A stretch of 64,000 bases of DNA from Octopus sinensis. Lineage: Eukaryota. Below the pieces are notes generated by a model, which was not told the origin of the DNA, ran no database searches, and saw only the letters and a list, made by a program, of their open reading frames with translations. The position numbers and the translations under genes were made by a program. This document shows, piece after piece, positions 14,056-26,685 of the stretch; the stretch's first letter is position 1; each line of letters begins with the position of its first letter. The DNA lies in the NCBI RefSeq assembly GCF_006345805.1, contig NC_043001.1, positions 61,566,001 through 61,630,000 on the forward strand. Direction: 5' to 3'.

Positions 14056-14089
14056 CATTATTATTATTATTATTTTTATTATTTTTATT

Positions 14090-14151
<62 letters not shown>

Positions 14152-14192
14152 TATCATTATTATTATTTTTATTATTTTTATTATTATTATTA

Positions 14193-14229
<37 letters not shown>
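13771..14229. repeat. Compound (ATT)n/(ATC)n/(GTC)n microsatellite
   Basis: Direct reading. Confidence 0.95.
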
Positions 14230-14230
<1 letters not shown>

Positions 14231-16345
14231 CTTCTTTCTTCAAACTTTCTTCCGTTTCTCGCCGAGTATTTTACGTACACCTAGGGCAGAGAAGCTCATT
14301 GTATGCATTCCCAGATTACACACGCAAATTCACAGGTAAAATATGTATTTAAAAAAAATTAATGAATAAATAAATTCATGAATGGATGTTGTTTTCACAG
14401 CGATAATGCTCTTCTCAGTACATGAGCTGTTCCAGTTAATACGATTTTTTGCACTTCCTGTAAGGATGGTAAGCCTAGTATTATTTTCAAATAGGTTTCA
14501 GTACCTTTTTTTATCATTCCTAGAGATCCTACAATCACTGGTACTGTAGTCACCCTGAGATGCCACATTTTTTCAATTTCTATTAGCAAGTCTTTATATT
14601 TACTAACCTTGTCAAATTCTTTCGCCGCTATATTGTGATCGCAAAGAATACTCATGTCAATTAACAAACACATCCTTTTTGTCTGATCTTTTATGATTAT
14701 ATCCGGTTTATTAGCTTTTATAGTTCTGTCGGCATGTACGAGGAAGTCCCACAGAATCAACACATATTCTCCCTCAGTCATCATCAAAGCTTCAGGATGG
14801 TGTTTATACCATTTGTTAGCGGTTTTCATTTTATAATGCCGGCATATTGTCCAGTGTAAATACTGGCCGACTCTGTCATATCTTTCTTTATATTCTACAG
14901 GTGTTAAGACTCTACACCCCGAGATTAGGTGGTCTATTGTTTCAATCTCATCGTTACAGAATCGGCATTTTGGGTCAGCTCCATTGTTTATGACATTGGC
15001 TTGATAGTCCCGGGTTAATAAGCATTGGTCTTGATTAGCTAATATAAGACCTTCACTTTCCGCTCTTAGCCCTGAGCTTCGTAACCATTGGTGCATGTGT
15101 TTCTGGTTGACATCAGCTCGTTTGCTACGGGCCACATACTTGCCATGCGGAGGTTTCTGTTCCCATTAGCAGTTGGCGAATTTCCTTCAGCCTGATCGAT
15201 CTAGTGGGTATCTAAGAGATCAGTAGCGAATGTTTTGCTCTCTTTCAGAATAGAGAGAAGTTTTAGCATCCAATCGTTGGTTGCTTGAAGGTATTTGGCC
15301 AGTCCGATTGTGGTGGTTTTGTACGTAAGTTCAAGCTGGATCAAACCTCGTCCTCCCTCAGCTCTGAGAAGGTAAAGACGATTCACGTCTGCCTTTGGAT
15401 GGTGCATCTTATTACAAGTCAGTAGCTTGCGGATTTTTCTGTCGATTTTCATTATTTCACTGGTATTCCAGTTAAGCACATTGAAGCTATAAAGAATAAC
15501 TGAGACTGCTAAGGAATTTATGGCTAACACCTTATTATATGCATTCAGCTCAGACTTCAGGATTGCTCGAAATCTTCTATAACATTCCTTCCTAACCTTC
15601 TCTTTCATGTTGCATGCTGGATACCAGAGCCTTCGTTTATTCCTAGGTATTTATAGGTTTGTTCCTGCTCAAGTTCCTTTATTACTGCTTCGACATCTAA
15701 TTCGATTGAACTTGACTTTACCAGTTTCCCTTTCTTAAAAGTGGCTTTCGCACACTTTTCAAGGCCAAACTCCATCTCGATATCATCACTGAATCCTTTC
15801 ACAGTATGTAAGAGTCCTTCAAGCTCTTCATCATCTTTGCCATATAGTTTTAAGTCATCCATATAAAACATGTCTTATTTTCCTATTGTCAATTTTGTAG
15901 CCATATCCTGTTCTATTCAGTTCACGTGAGAGTGGGATTAGTGCTATGCAGAAAATTAGTGGTGTGAGTCAACTTGGAAAATGCCACAGTTTATACTAAT
16001 ATTTTTTGAGCGCAGTACTCCATTAGAATGATATGATTGGAGCTTCGTGTTCTATATTGACATATTATACTTTAAAAAATCTGAAATCACAGGAGAAATT
16101 TTGAAAATGTCCAGTGATTTCAGAATCCACGAATGTGGTATGCTGTTTTAGGCTTTTTTGTAATCAATCCATGAAGAGCTGAGATTTCTGCGCTTTTTAT
16201 GGCAATTCTCAAGGACCATGTGATTAATTAGGAGCTGATCTTTGCATCTGTATGACCCTCGTCTGCATCCTTTTTGTTCAGTGGCAAAGAGGTTATTCTC
16301 TTCCATAAACGTATGTGTTTTCTCCACATCTGTCCTTCCGACAGA
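14230..16345 (-). mobile_element. Dong/R4-clade RLE non-LTR retrotransposon, 5'-truncated, tail in (TAA)n
   Basis: RT pieces (EQKGCRRGSYRCKDQLLIN, WIDYKKA, FYMDDLKLY), thumb (15201-15608), CCHC (CRFC..ETIDHLISGC) and RLE (NKPDIII..IDMSI..KVSKY) at 14395-15135. Confidence 0.9.
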
Positions 16346-17215
16346 TATCATTATAGAGTATCCTGGCTACATTATCATGTCTCATCGATAGAGAATATAG
16401 AGAATACCGTGATGACATTTTCGGACAACTGCTTATAATGTGGGTGATATCGTCAGTGTTAACTCCACAAAGTCTGCATCGGTCATATTTTACTGCCTTT
16501 CCTGCATTTCTATCCCTTTTGTGCATCAGGTACTTGGCTGATATTTCTTGTTTCTGGATTGCAAACGCATACCCTTCACAGTGGAACGTAGTAATCAGGC
16601 TATTGGTCCATGATAGACTGCTTTGATGATCAATGTTACTATTATCTGGGAGCTTTCTACTAACATATCCATGCATAGTCTTCTGCTCATATACGCTCAT
16701 CCTTTCATCAGATGCGACTTCTTTGGACATGTATTCTAGGTTATCAGACAAATGTTGCTCAAGGAGATGCCTTCCAAGTCTTATGAAGTTATCAGTCTCA
16801 TGTATGCAAACTTGGTCAAGGGATGGACTTCGACACTTGGTGGTTAAAAGAGGTTTCCGAAGGGATATGATACGACATTCAAAGGCATTTTTAATCGATT
16901 TTAAGCTCCTGCAGCCTTGTTTTCGTTTTAGGTAAAGACAGTCTACGTCACTGTTTATGAGGAAATCATGTATGCTTTTCGGGTTTTCACATCAATAGCT
17001 CGCATCTCATCAGGTGTCCAATCAAGCAGCCCAAATGTTGGTATGAGTACTGGCACTGCAAACACATGGTGGGCCACTGTTTTATTGAATGCAGAGAGTT
17101 CAGAGGTCAAAATTTTGTTTATTCGGCTGTAATATTCTGTAGTGACACGCATTTTGTTACAGGTGCCATTGTAAGATATGTTTTCATCCACTCCTATATA
17201 CCTGTAACATTCCTC
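16345..17215 (-). mobile_element. Fragment of a second, more divergent RLE-type LINE (thumb to CCHC)
   Basis: 16955-17191 has EYYSRINKILTSELSAFNK..FAVPVL; 16293-16751 has MHGYV, CEGYAFAIQKQEI and CRLCGVNTDDITHIISSC..RHDNVA. Confidence 0.8.
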
Positions 17216-17281
17216 GTCAGATATAGGGGAAACATGTAAATATGTATGTATATATGTATGTACATAGATCTATACATATAC

Positions 17282-17325
<44 letters not shown>

Positions 17326-17564
17326 TTAAGGGTAGAAATTGATATTTATCAATTAAGACCAGTGGTCTAGCATATTAAAAAAGAATCCGAAGATTAAAAT
17401 ATTTATATATACCAATTAAGGACTGAACACGAAAAGTGGACAGTCAACATGCTAGATATAGACGTTAAATCGCCATTCACCACAAAAGATTATGTTCTCA
17501 GATCAAACTCAACGCAAAACCATAGCAATAAACAAGTGAAAAATATACGAAATAAAATAATTAC

Positions 17565-17629
17565 CCATGTACTAAATTAGTTTCAGCTGTTATTTTCCGC
17601 AAGGAAAACTGCAGCCATCATCAGCATGG
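17565..17629 (-). ncRNA. Type I hammerhead ribozyme in the inverted arm
   Basis: Exact reverse complement of the 18368-18432 motif. Confidence 0.85.
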
Positions 17630-18367
17630 TCCGTTATAAATGTATTTGATGGACTAGATGCAAACACGATACCGAAATATCGCGTGCATGGAGTTCAGCC
17701 TATTACATTAGAATATATCTTTCAAATGCCTCTACTTTGGCGCGTTGGAACCCGAGAAAATTAGCCTGCAGCTAATAACTAGCAGCAGTTAATTTATCGG
17801 TTAGAGAACATATTATTTATATAAAATTATTAAGGGTAGAAATTGATATTTATCAATTAAGACCAGTGGTCTAGCATATTAAAAAAGAATCCGAAGATTA
17901 AAATATTTATATATACCAATTAAGGACTGAACACGAAAAGTGGACAGTCAACATGCTAGATATAGACGTCAAATCGCCATTCACCACAAAAGATTATGTT
18001 CTCAGATCAAACTCAACACAAAACCATAGCAATAAACAAGTGAAAAATATACGAAATAAAATAATTACCCATGTACTAAATTCCAACGCGCCAAAGTAGA
18101 GGCATTTGAAAGATATATGCTAGACCACTGGTCTTAATTGATAAATATCAATTTCTACCCTTAATTAATTTTATATAAATAAATATGTTCTCTAACCGAT
18201 AAATTAACTGCTGCTAGTTATTAGCTGCAGGCTAATTTTCTCGGGTTCCAACGCGCCAAAGTAGAGGCATTTGAAAGATATATTCTAATGTAATAGGCTG
18301 AACTCCATGCACGCGATATTTCGGTATCGTGTTTGCATCTAGTCCATCAAATTACATTTATAACGGA

Positions 18368-18432
18368 CCATGCTGATGATGGCTGCAGTTTTCCTTGCGG
18401 AAAATAACAGCTGAAACTAATTTAGTACATGG
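18368..18432 (+). ncRNA. Type I hammerhead ribozyme (first of 17 plus-strand copies; predicted cleavage after A18427)
   Basis: Stem I CCATG(18368-72)/CATGG(18428-32); core CTGATGA(18373-79) plus an extra T; stem II GGCTG/CAGCT with inner TTTTCC-TTGC-GGAAAA; GAAA(18413-16); stem III CTAA-T-TTAG; UH = TA. Confidence 0.85.
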
Positions 18433-21400
18433 GTAATTATTTTATTTCGTATATTTTTCACTTGTTTTGCTATGGTTTTGTGTTGAGTTTGATCTGAGAA
18501 CATAATCTTTTGTGGTGAATGGCGATTTGACGTCTATCTAGCATGTGACTGTCCACTTTTCGTGTTCAGTCCTTATTGTCTATTATTCTATTTAGTCTAT
18601 TTTCATATTTTATAATTCGGATTTTTTTTAATATGCTAGACCACTGGTCTTAATTGATAAATATCAATTTCTACCCTTAATTAATTTTATATAAATAAAT
18701 ATGTTCTCTAACCGATAAATTAACTGCTGCTAGTTATTAGCTGCAGGCTAATTTTCTCGGGTTCCAACGCGCCAAAGTAGAGGCATTTGAAAGATATATC
18801 TAATGTAATAGGCTGAACTTCATGCACGCGATATTTCGGTATCGTGTTTGCATCTAGTCCATCAAATTACATTTATAACGGACCATGCTGATGATGGCTG
18901 CAGTTTTCCTTGCGGAAAATAACAGCTGAAACTAATTTAGTACATGGGTAATTATTTTATTTCGTATATTTTTCACTTGTTATTGCTATGGTTTTGTGTT
19001 GAGTTTGATCTGAGAACATAATCTTTTGTGGTGAATGGCGATTTGACGTCTATATCTAGCATGTTGACTGTCCACTTTTCGTGTTCAGTCCTTATTTGGT
19101 ATATATAAATATTTTAATCTTCGGATTCTTTTTTAATATGCTAGACCACTGGTCTTAATTGATAAATATCAATTTCTACCCTTAATTAATTTTATATAAA
19201 TAAATATGTTCTCTAACCGATAAATTAACTGCTGCTAGTTATTAGCTGCAGGCTAATATTCTCGGGTTCCAACGCGCCAAAGTAGAGGCATTTGAAAGCT
19301 ATATTCTAATGTAATAGGCTGAACTCCATGCACGCGATATTTCGGTATCGTGTTTGCATCTAGTCCATCAAATTACATTTATAACGGACCGTGCTGATGA
19401 TGGCTGCAGTTTTCCTTGAGGAAAAACAGCTGAAACTAATTTAGTACATGGGTAATTATTTTATTTCGTATATTTTTCACTTGTTTATTGCTATGGTTTT
19501 GTGTTGAGTTTGATCTGAGAACATAATCTTTTGTGGTGAATGGCGATTTGACGTCTATATCTAGCATGTTGACTGTCCACTTTTCGTGTTCAGTCCTTAA
19601 TTGGTATATATAAATATTTTAATCTTCGGATTCTTTTTTAATATGCTAGACCACTGGTCTTAATTGATAAATATCAATTTCTACCCTTAATTAATTTTAT
19701 ATAAATAAATATGTTCTCTAACCGATAAATTAACTGCTGCTAGTTATTAGCTGCAGGCTAATTTTCTCGGGTTCCAACGCGCAAAGTAGAGGCATTTGAA
19801 AGATATATTCTAATGTAATAGGCTGAACTCCATGCACGCGATATTTCGGTATCGTGTTTGCATCTAGTCCATCAAATTACATTTATAACGGACCATGCTG
19901 ATGATGGCTGCAGTTTTCCTTGCGGAAAATAACAGCTGAAACTAATTTAGTACATGGGTAATTATTTTATTTCGTATATTTTTCACTTGTTTATTGCTAT
20001 GGTTTTGTGTTGAGTTTGATCTGAGAACATAATCTTTTGTGGTGAATGGCGATTTGACGTCTATATCTAGCATGTTGACTGTCCACTTTTCGTGTTCAGT
20101 CCTTAATTGGTATATATAAATATTTTAATCTTCGGATTCTTTTTTAATATGCTAGACCACTGGTCTTAATTGATAAATATCAATTTCTACCCTTAATTAA
20201 TTTTATAAAAAATATGTTCTCTAACCGATAAATTAACTGCTGCTAGTTATTAGCTGCAGGCTAATTTTCTCGGGTTCCAACGCGCCAAAGTAGAGGCATT
20301 TGAAAGATATATTCTAATGTAATAGGCTGAACTCCATGCACGCGATATTTCGGTATCGTGTTTGCATCTAGTCCATCAAATTACATTTATAACGGACCAT
20401 GGTGATGATGGCTGCAGTTTTCCTTGCGGAAAATAACAGCTGAAACTAATTTAGTACATGGGTAATTATTTTATTTCGTATATTTTTCACTTGTTTATTG
20501 CTATGGTTTTGTGTTGAGTTTGATCTGAGAACATAATCTTTTGTGGTGAATGGCGATTTGACGTCTATATCTAGCATGTTGACTGTCCACTTTTCGTGTG
20601 TTCAGTCTTAATTGGTATATATAAATATTTTAATCTTCGGATTCTTTTTTAATATGCTAGACCACTGGTCTTAATTGATAAATATCAATTTCTACCCTTA
20701 ATTAATTTTATATAAATAAATATGTTCTCTAACCGATAAATAACTGCTGCTAGTTATTAGCTGCAGGCTAATTTTCTCGGGTTCCAACGCGCCAAAGTAG
20801 AGGCATTTGAAAGATATATTCTAATGTAATAGGCTGAACTCCATGCACGCGATATTTCGGTATCGTGTTTGCATCTAGTCCATCAAATTACATTTATAAC
20901 GGACCATGCTGATGATGGCTGCAGTTTTCCTTGCGGAAAATAACAGCTGAAACTAATTTAGTACATGGGTAATTATTTTATTTCGTATATTTTTCACTTG
21001 TTTATTGCTATGGTTTTGTGTTGAGTTTGATCTGAGAACATAATCTTTTGTGGTGAATGGCGATTTGACGTCTATATCTAGCATGTTGACTGTCCACTTT
21101 TCGTGTTCAGTCCTTAATTGGTATATATAAATATTTTAATCTTCGGATTCTTTTTTAATATGCTAGACCACTGGTCTTAATTGATAAATATCAATTTCTA
21201 CCTTAATTAATTTTATATAAATAAATATGTTCTCTAACCGATAAATTAACTGCTGCTAGTTATTAGCTGCAGGCTAATTTTCTCGGGTTCCAACGCGCCA
21301 AAGTAGAGGCATTTGAAAGATATATTCTAATGTAATAGGCTGAACTCCATGCACGCGATATTTCGGTATCGTGTTTGCATCTAGTCCATCAAATTACATT

Positions 21401-24400
21401 TATAACGGACCATGCTGATGATGGCTGCAGTTTTCCTTGCGGAAAATAACAGCTGAAACTAATTTAGTACATGGGTAATTTTATTTCGTATATTTTTCAC
21501 TTGTTTATTGCTATGGTTTTGTGTTGAGTTTGATCTGAGAACATAATCTTTTGTGGTGAATGGCGATTTGACGTCTATATCTAGCATGTTGACTGTCCAC
21601 TTTTCGTGTTCAGTCCTTAATTGGTATATATAAATATTTTAATCTTCGGATTCTTTTTTAATATGCTAGACCACTGGTCTTAATTGATAAATATCAATTT
21701 CTACCCTTAATTAATTTTATATAAATAAATATGTTCTCTAACCGATAAATTAACTGCTGCTAGTTATTAGCTGCAGGCTAATTTTCTCGGGTTCCAACGC
21801 GCCAAAGTAGAGGCATTTGAAAGATATATTCTAATGTAATAGGCTGAACTCCATGCACGCGATATTTCGGTATCGTGTTTGCATCTAGTCCATCAAATTA
21901 CATTTATAACGGACCATGCTGATGATGGCTGCAGTTTTCCTTGCGGAAAATAACAGCTGAAACTAATTTAGTACATGGGTAATTATTTTATTTCGTATAT
22001 TTTTCACTTGTTTATTGCTATGGTTTTGTGTTGAGTTTGATCTGAGAACATAATCTTTTGTGGTGAATGGCGATTTGACGTCTATATCTAGCATGTTGAC
22101 TGTCCACTTTTCGTGTTCAGTCCTTAATTGGTATATATAAATATTTTAATCTTCGGATTCTTTTTTAATATGCTAGACCACTGGTCTTAATTGATAAATA
22201 TCAATTTCTACCCTTAATTAATTTTATATAAATAAATATGTTCTCTAACCGATAAATTAACTGCTGCTAGTTATTAGTTGCAGGCTAATTTTCTCGGGTT
22301 CCAACGCGCCAAAGTAGAGGCATTTGAAAGCTATATTCTAATGTAATAGGCTGAACTCCATGCACGCGATTTCGGTATCGTGTTTGCATCTAGTCCATCA
22401 AATTACATTTATAACGGACCGTGCTGATGATGGCTGCAGTTTTCCTTGAGGAAAATAACAGCTGAAACTAATTTAGTACATGGGTAATTATTTTATTTCG
22501 TATATTTTTCACTTGTTTATTGCTATGGTTTTGTGTTGAGTTTGATCTGAGAACATAATCTTTTGTGGTGAATGGCGATTTGACGTCTATATCTAGCATG
22601 TTGACTGTCCACTTTTCGTGTTCAGTCCTTAATTGGTATATATAAATATTTTAATCTTCGGATTCTTTTTTAATATGCTAGACCACTGGTCTTAATTGAT
22701 AAATATCAATTTCTACCCTTAATTATTTTATATAAATAAATATGTTCTCTAACCGATAAATTAACTGCTGCTAGTTATTAGCTGCAGGCTAATTTTCTCG
22801 GGTTCCAACGCGCCAAAGTAGAGGCATTTGAAAGATATATTCTAATGTAATAGGCTGAACTCCATGCACGCGATATTTCGGTATCGTGTTTGCATCTAGT
22901 CCATCAAATTACATTTATAACGGACCATGCTGATGATGGCTGCAGTTTTCCTTGCGGAAAATAACAGCTGAAACTAATTTAGTACATGGGTAATTATTTT
23001 ATTTCGTATATTTTTCACTTGTTTATTGCTATGGTTTTGTGTTGAGTTTGATCTGAGAACATAATCTTTTGTGGTGAATGGCGATTTGACGTCTATATCT
23101 AGCATGTTGACTGTCCACTTTTCGTGTTCAGTCCTTAATTGGTATATATAAATATTTTAATCTTCGGATTCTTTTTAATATGCTAGACCACTGGTCTTAA
23201 TTGATAAATATCAATTTCTACCCTTAATTAATTTTATATAAATAAATATGTTCTCTAACCGATAAATTAACTGCTGCTAGTTATTAGCTGCAGGCTAATT
23301 TTCTCGGGTTCCAACGCGCCAAAGTAGAGGCATTTGAAAGATATATTCTAATGTAATAGGCTGAACTTCATGCACGCGATATTTCGGTATCGTGTTTGCA
23401 TCTAGTCCATCAAATTACATTTATAACGGACCATGCTGATGATGGCTGCAGTTTTCCTTGCGGAAAATAACAGCTGAAACTAATTTAGTACATGGGTAAT
23501 TATTTTATTTCGTATATTTTTCACTTGTTTATTGCTATGGTTTTGTGTTGAGTTTGATCTGAGAACATAATCTTTTGTGGTGAATGGCGATTTGACGTCT
23601 ATATCTAGCATGTTGACTGTCCACTTTTCGTGTTCAGTCCTTAATTGGTATATATAAATATTTTAATCTTCGGATTCTTTTTTAATATGCTAGACCACTG
23701 GTCTTAATTGATAAATATCAATTTCTACCCTTAATTAATTTTATATAAATAAATATGTTCTCTAACCGATAAATTAACTGCTGCTAGTTATTAGCTGCAG
23801 GCTAATTTTCTCGGGTTCCAACGCGCCAAAGTAGAGGCATTTGAAAGCTATATTCTAATGTAATAGGCTGAACTCCATGCACGCGATATTTCGGTATCGT
23901 GTTTGCATCTAGTCCATCAAATTACATTTATAACGGACCGTGCTGATGATGGCTGCAGTTTTCCTTGAGGAAAATAACAGCTGAAACTAATTTAGTACAT
24001 GGGTAATTATTTTATTTCGTATATTTTTCACTTGTTTATTGCTATGGTTTTGTGTTGAGTTTGATCTGAGAACATAATCTTTTGTGGTGAATGGCGATTT
24101 GACGTCTATATCTAGCATGTTGACTGTCCACTTTTCGTGTTCAGTCCTTAATTGGTATATATAAATATTTTAATCTTCGGATTCTTTTTAATATGCTAGA
24201 CCACTGGTCTTAATTGATAAATATCAATTTCTACCCTTAATTAATTTTATATAATAAATATGTTCTCTAACCGATAAATTAACTGCTGCTAGTTATTAGC
24301 TGCAGGCTAATTTTCTCGGGTTCCAACGCGCCAAAGTAGAGGCATTTGAAAGATATATTCTAATGTAATAGGCTGAACTCCATGCACGCGATATTTCGGT

Positions 24401-26685
24401 ATCGTGTTTGCATCTAGTCCATCAAATTACATTTATAACGGACCATGCTGATGATGGCTGCAGTTTTCCTTGCGGAAAATAACAGCTGAAACTAATTTAG
24501 TACATGGGTAATTATTTTATTTCGTATATTTTTCACTTGTTTATTGCTATGGTTTTGTGTTGAGTTTGATCTGAGAACATAATCTTTTGTGGTGAATGGC
24601 GATTTGACGTCTATATCTAGCATGTTGACTGTCCACTTTTCGTGTTCAGTCCTTAATTGGTATATATAAATATTTTAATCTTCGGATTCTTTTTTAATAT
24701 GCTAGACCACTGGTCTTAATTGATAAATATCAATTTCTACCCTTAATTAATTTTATATAAATAAATATGTTCTCTAACCGATAAATTAACTGCTGCTAGT
24801 TATTAGCTGCAGGCTAATTTTCTCGGGTTCCAACGCGCCAAAGTAGAGGCATTTGAAAGATATATTCTAATGTAATAGGCTGAACTCCATGCACGCGATA
24901 TTTCGGTATCGTGTTTGCATCTAGTCCATCAAATTACATTTATAACGGACCATGCTGATGATGGCTGCAGTTTTCCTTGCGGAAAATAACAGCTGAAACT
25001 AATTTAGTACATGGGTAATTATTTTATTTCGTATATTTTTCACTTGTTTATTGCTATGGTTTTGTGTTGAGTTTGATCTGAGAACATAATCTTTTGTGGT
25101 GAATGGCGATTTGACGTCTATATCTAGCATGTTGACTGTCCACTTTTCGTGATCAGTCCTTAATTGGTATATATAAATATTTTAATCTTCGGATTCTTTT
25201 TTAATATGCTAGACCACTGGTCTTAATTGATAAATATCAATTTCTACCCTTAATTAATTTTATATAAATAAATATGTTCTCTAACCGATAAATTAACTGC
25301 TGCTAGTTATTAGCTGCAGGCTAATTTTCTCGGGTTCCAACGCGCCAAAGTAGAGGCATTTGAAAGATATATTCTAATGTAATAGGCTGAACTTCATGCA
25401 CGCGATATTTCGGTATCGTGTTTGCATCTAGTCCATCAAATTACATTTATAACGGACCATGCTGATGATGGCTGCAGTTTTCCTTGCGGAAAATAACAGC
25501 TGAAACTAATTTAGTACATGGGTAATTATTTTATTTCGTATATTTTTCACTTGTTTATTGCTATGGTTTTGTGTTGAGTTTGATCTGAGAACATAATCTT
25601 TTGTGGTGAATGGCGATTTGACGTCTATATCTAGCATGTTGACTGTCCACTTTTCGTGTTCAGTCCTTAATTGGTATATATAAATATTTTAATCTTCGGA
25701 TTCTTTTTTAATATGCTAGACCACTGGTCTTAATTGATAAATATCAATTTCTACCCTTAATTAATTTTATATAAATAAATATGTTCTCTAACCGATAAAT
25801 TAACTGCTGCTAGTTATTAGCTGCAGGCTAATTTTCTCGGGTTCCAACGCGCCAAAGTAGAGGCATTTGAAAGATATATTCTAATGTAATAGGCTGAACT
25901 CCATGCACGCGATATTTCGGTATCGTGTTTGCATCTAGTCCATCAAATTACATTTATAACGGACCATGGTGATGATGGCTGCAGTTTTCCTTGCGGAAAA
26001 AACAGCTGAAACTAATTTAGTACATGGGTAATTATTTTATTTCGTATATTTTTCACTTGTTTATTGCTATGGTTTTGTGTTGAGTTTGATCTGAGAACAT
26101 AATCTTTTGTGGTGAATGGCGATTTGACGTCTATATCTAGCATGTTGACTGTCCACTTTTCGTGTTCAGTCCTTAATTGGTATATATAAATATTTTAATC
26201 TTCGGATTCTTTTTTATATGCTAGACCACTGGTCTTAATTGATAAATATCAATTTCTACCTTAATTGATTTTATATAAATAAATATGTTCTCTAACCGAT
26301 AAATTAACTGCTGCTAGTTATTAGCTGCAGGCTAATTTTCTCGGGTTCCAACGCGCCAAAGTAGAGGCATTTGAAAGATATATTCTAATGTAATAGGCTG
26401 AACTTCATGCACGCGATATTTCGGTATCGTGTTTGCATCTAGTCCATCAAATTACATTTATAACGGACCATGCTGATGATGGCTGCAGTTTTCCTTGCGG
26501 AAAATAACAGCTGAAACTAATTTAGTACATGGGTAATTATTTTATTTCGTATATTTTTCACTTGTTTATTGCTATGGTTTTGTGTTGAGTTTGATCTGAG
26601 AACATAATCTTTTGTGGTGAATGGCGATTTGACGTCTATATCTAGCATGTTGACTGTCCACTTTTCGTGTTCAGTCCTTAATTGG

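Noticed and set aside
18570-18630. Aberrant segment in the first direct unit
   Set aside because: It looks like a low-quality consensus patch. Scattered 1-nt homopolymer indels in other units also look like long-read errors.
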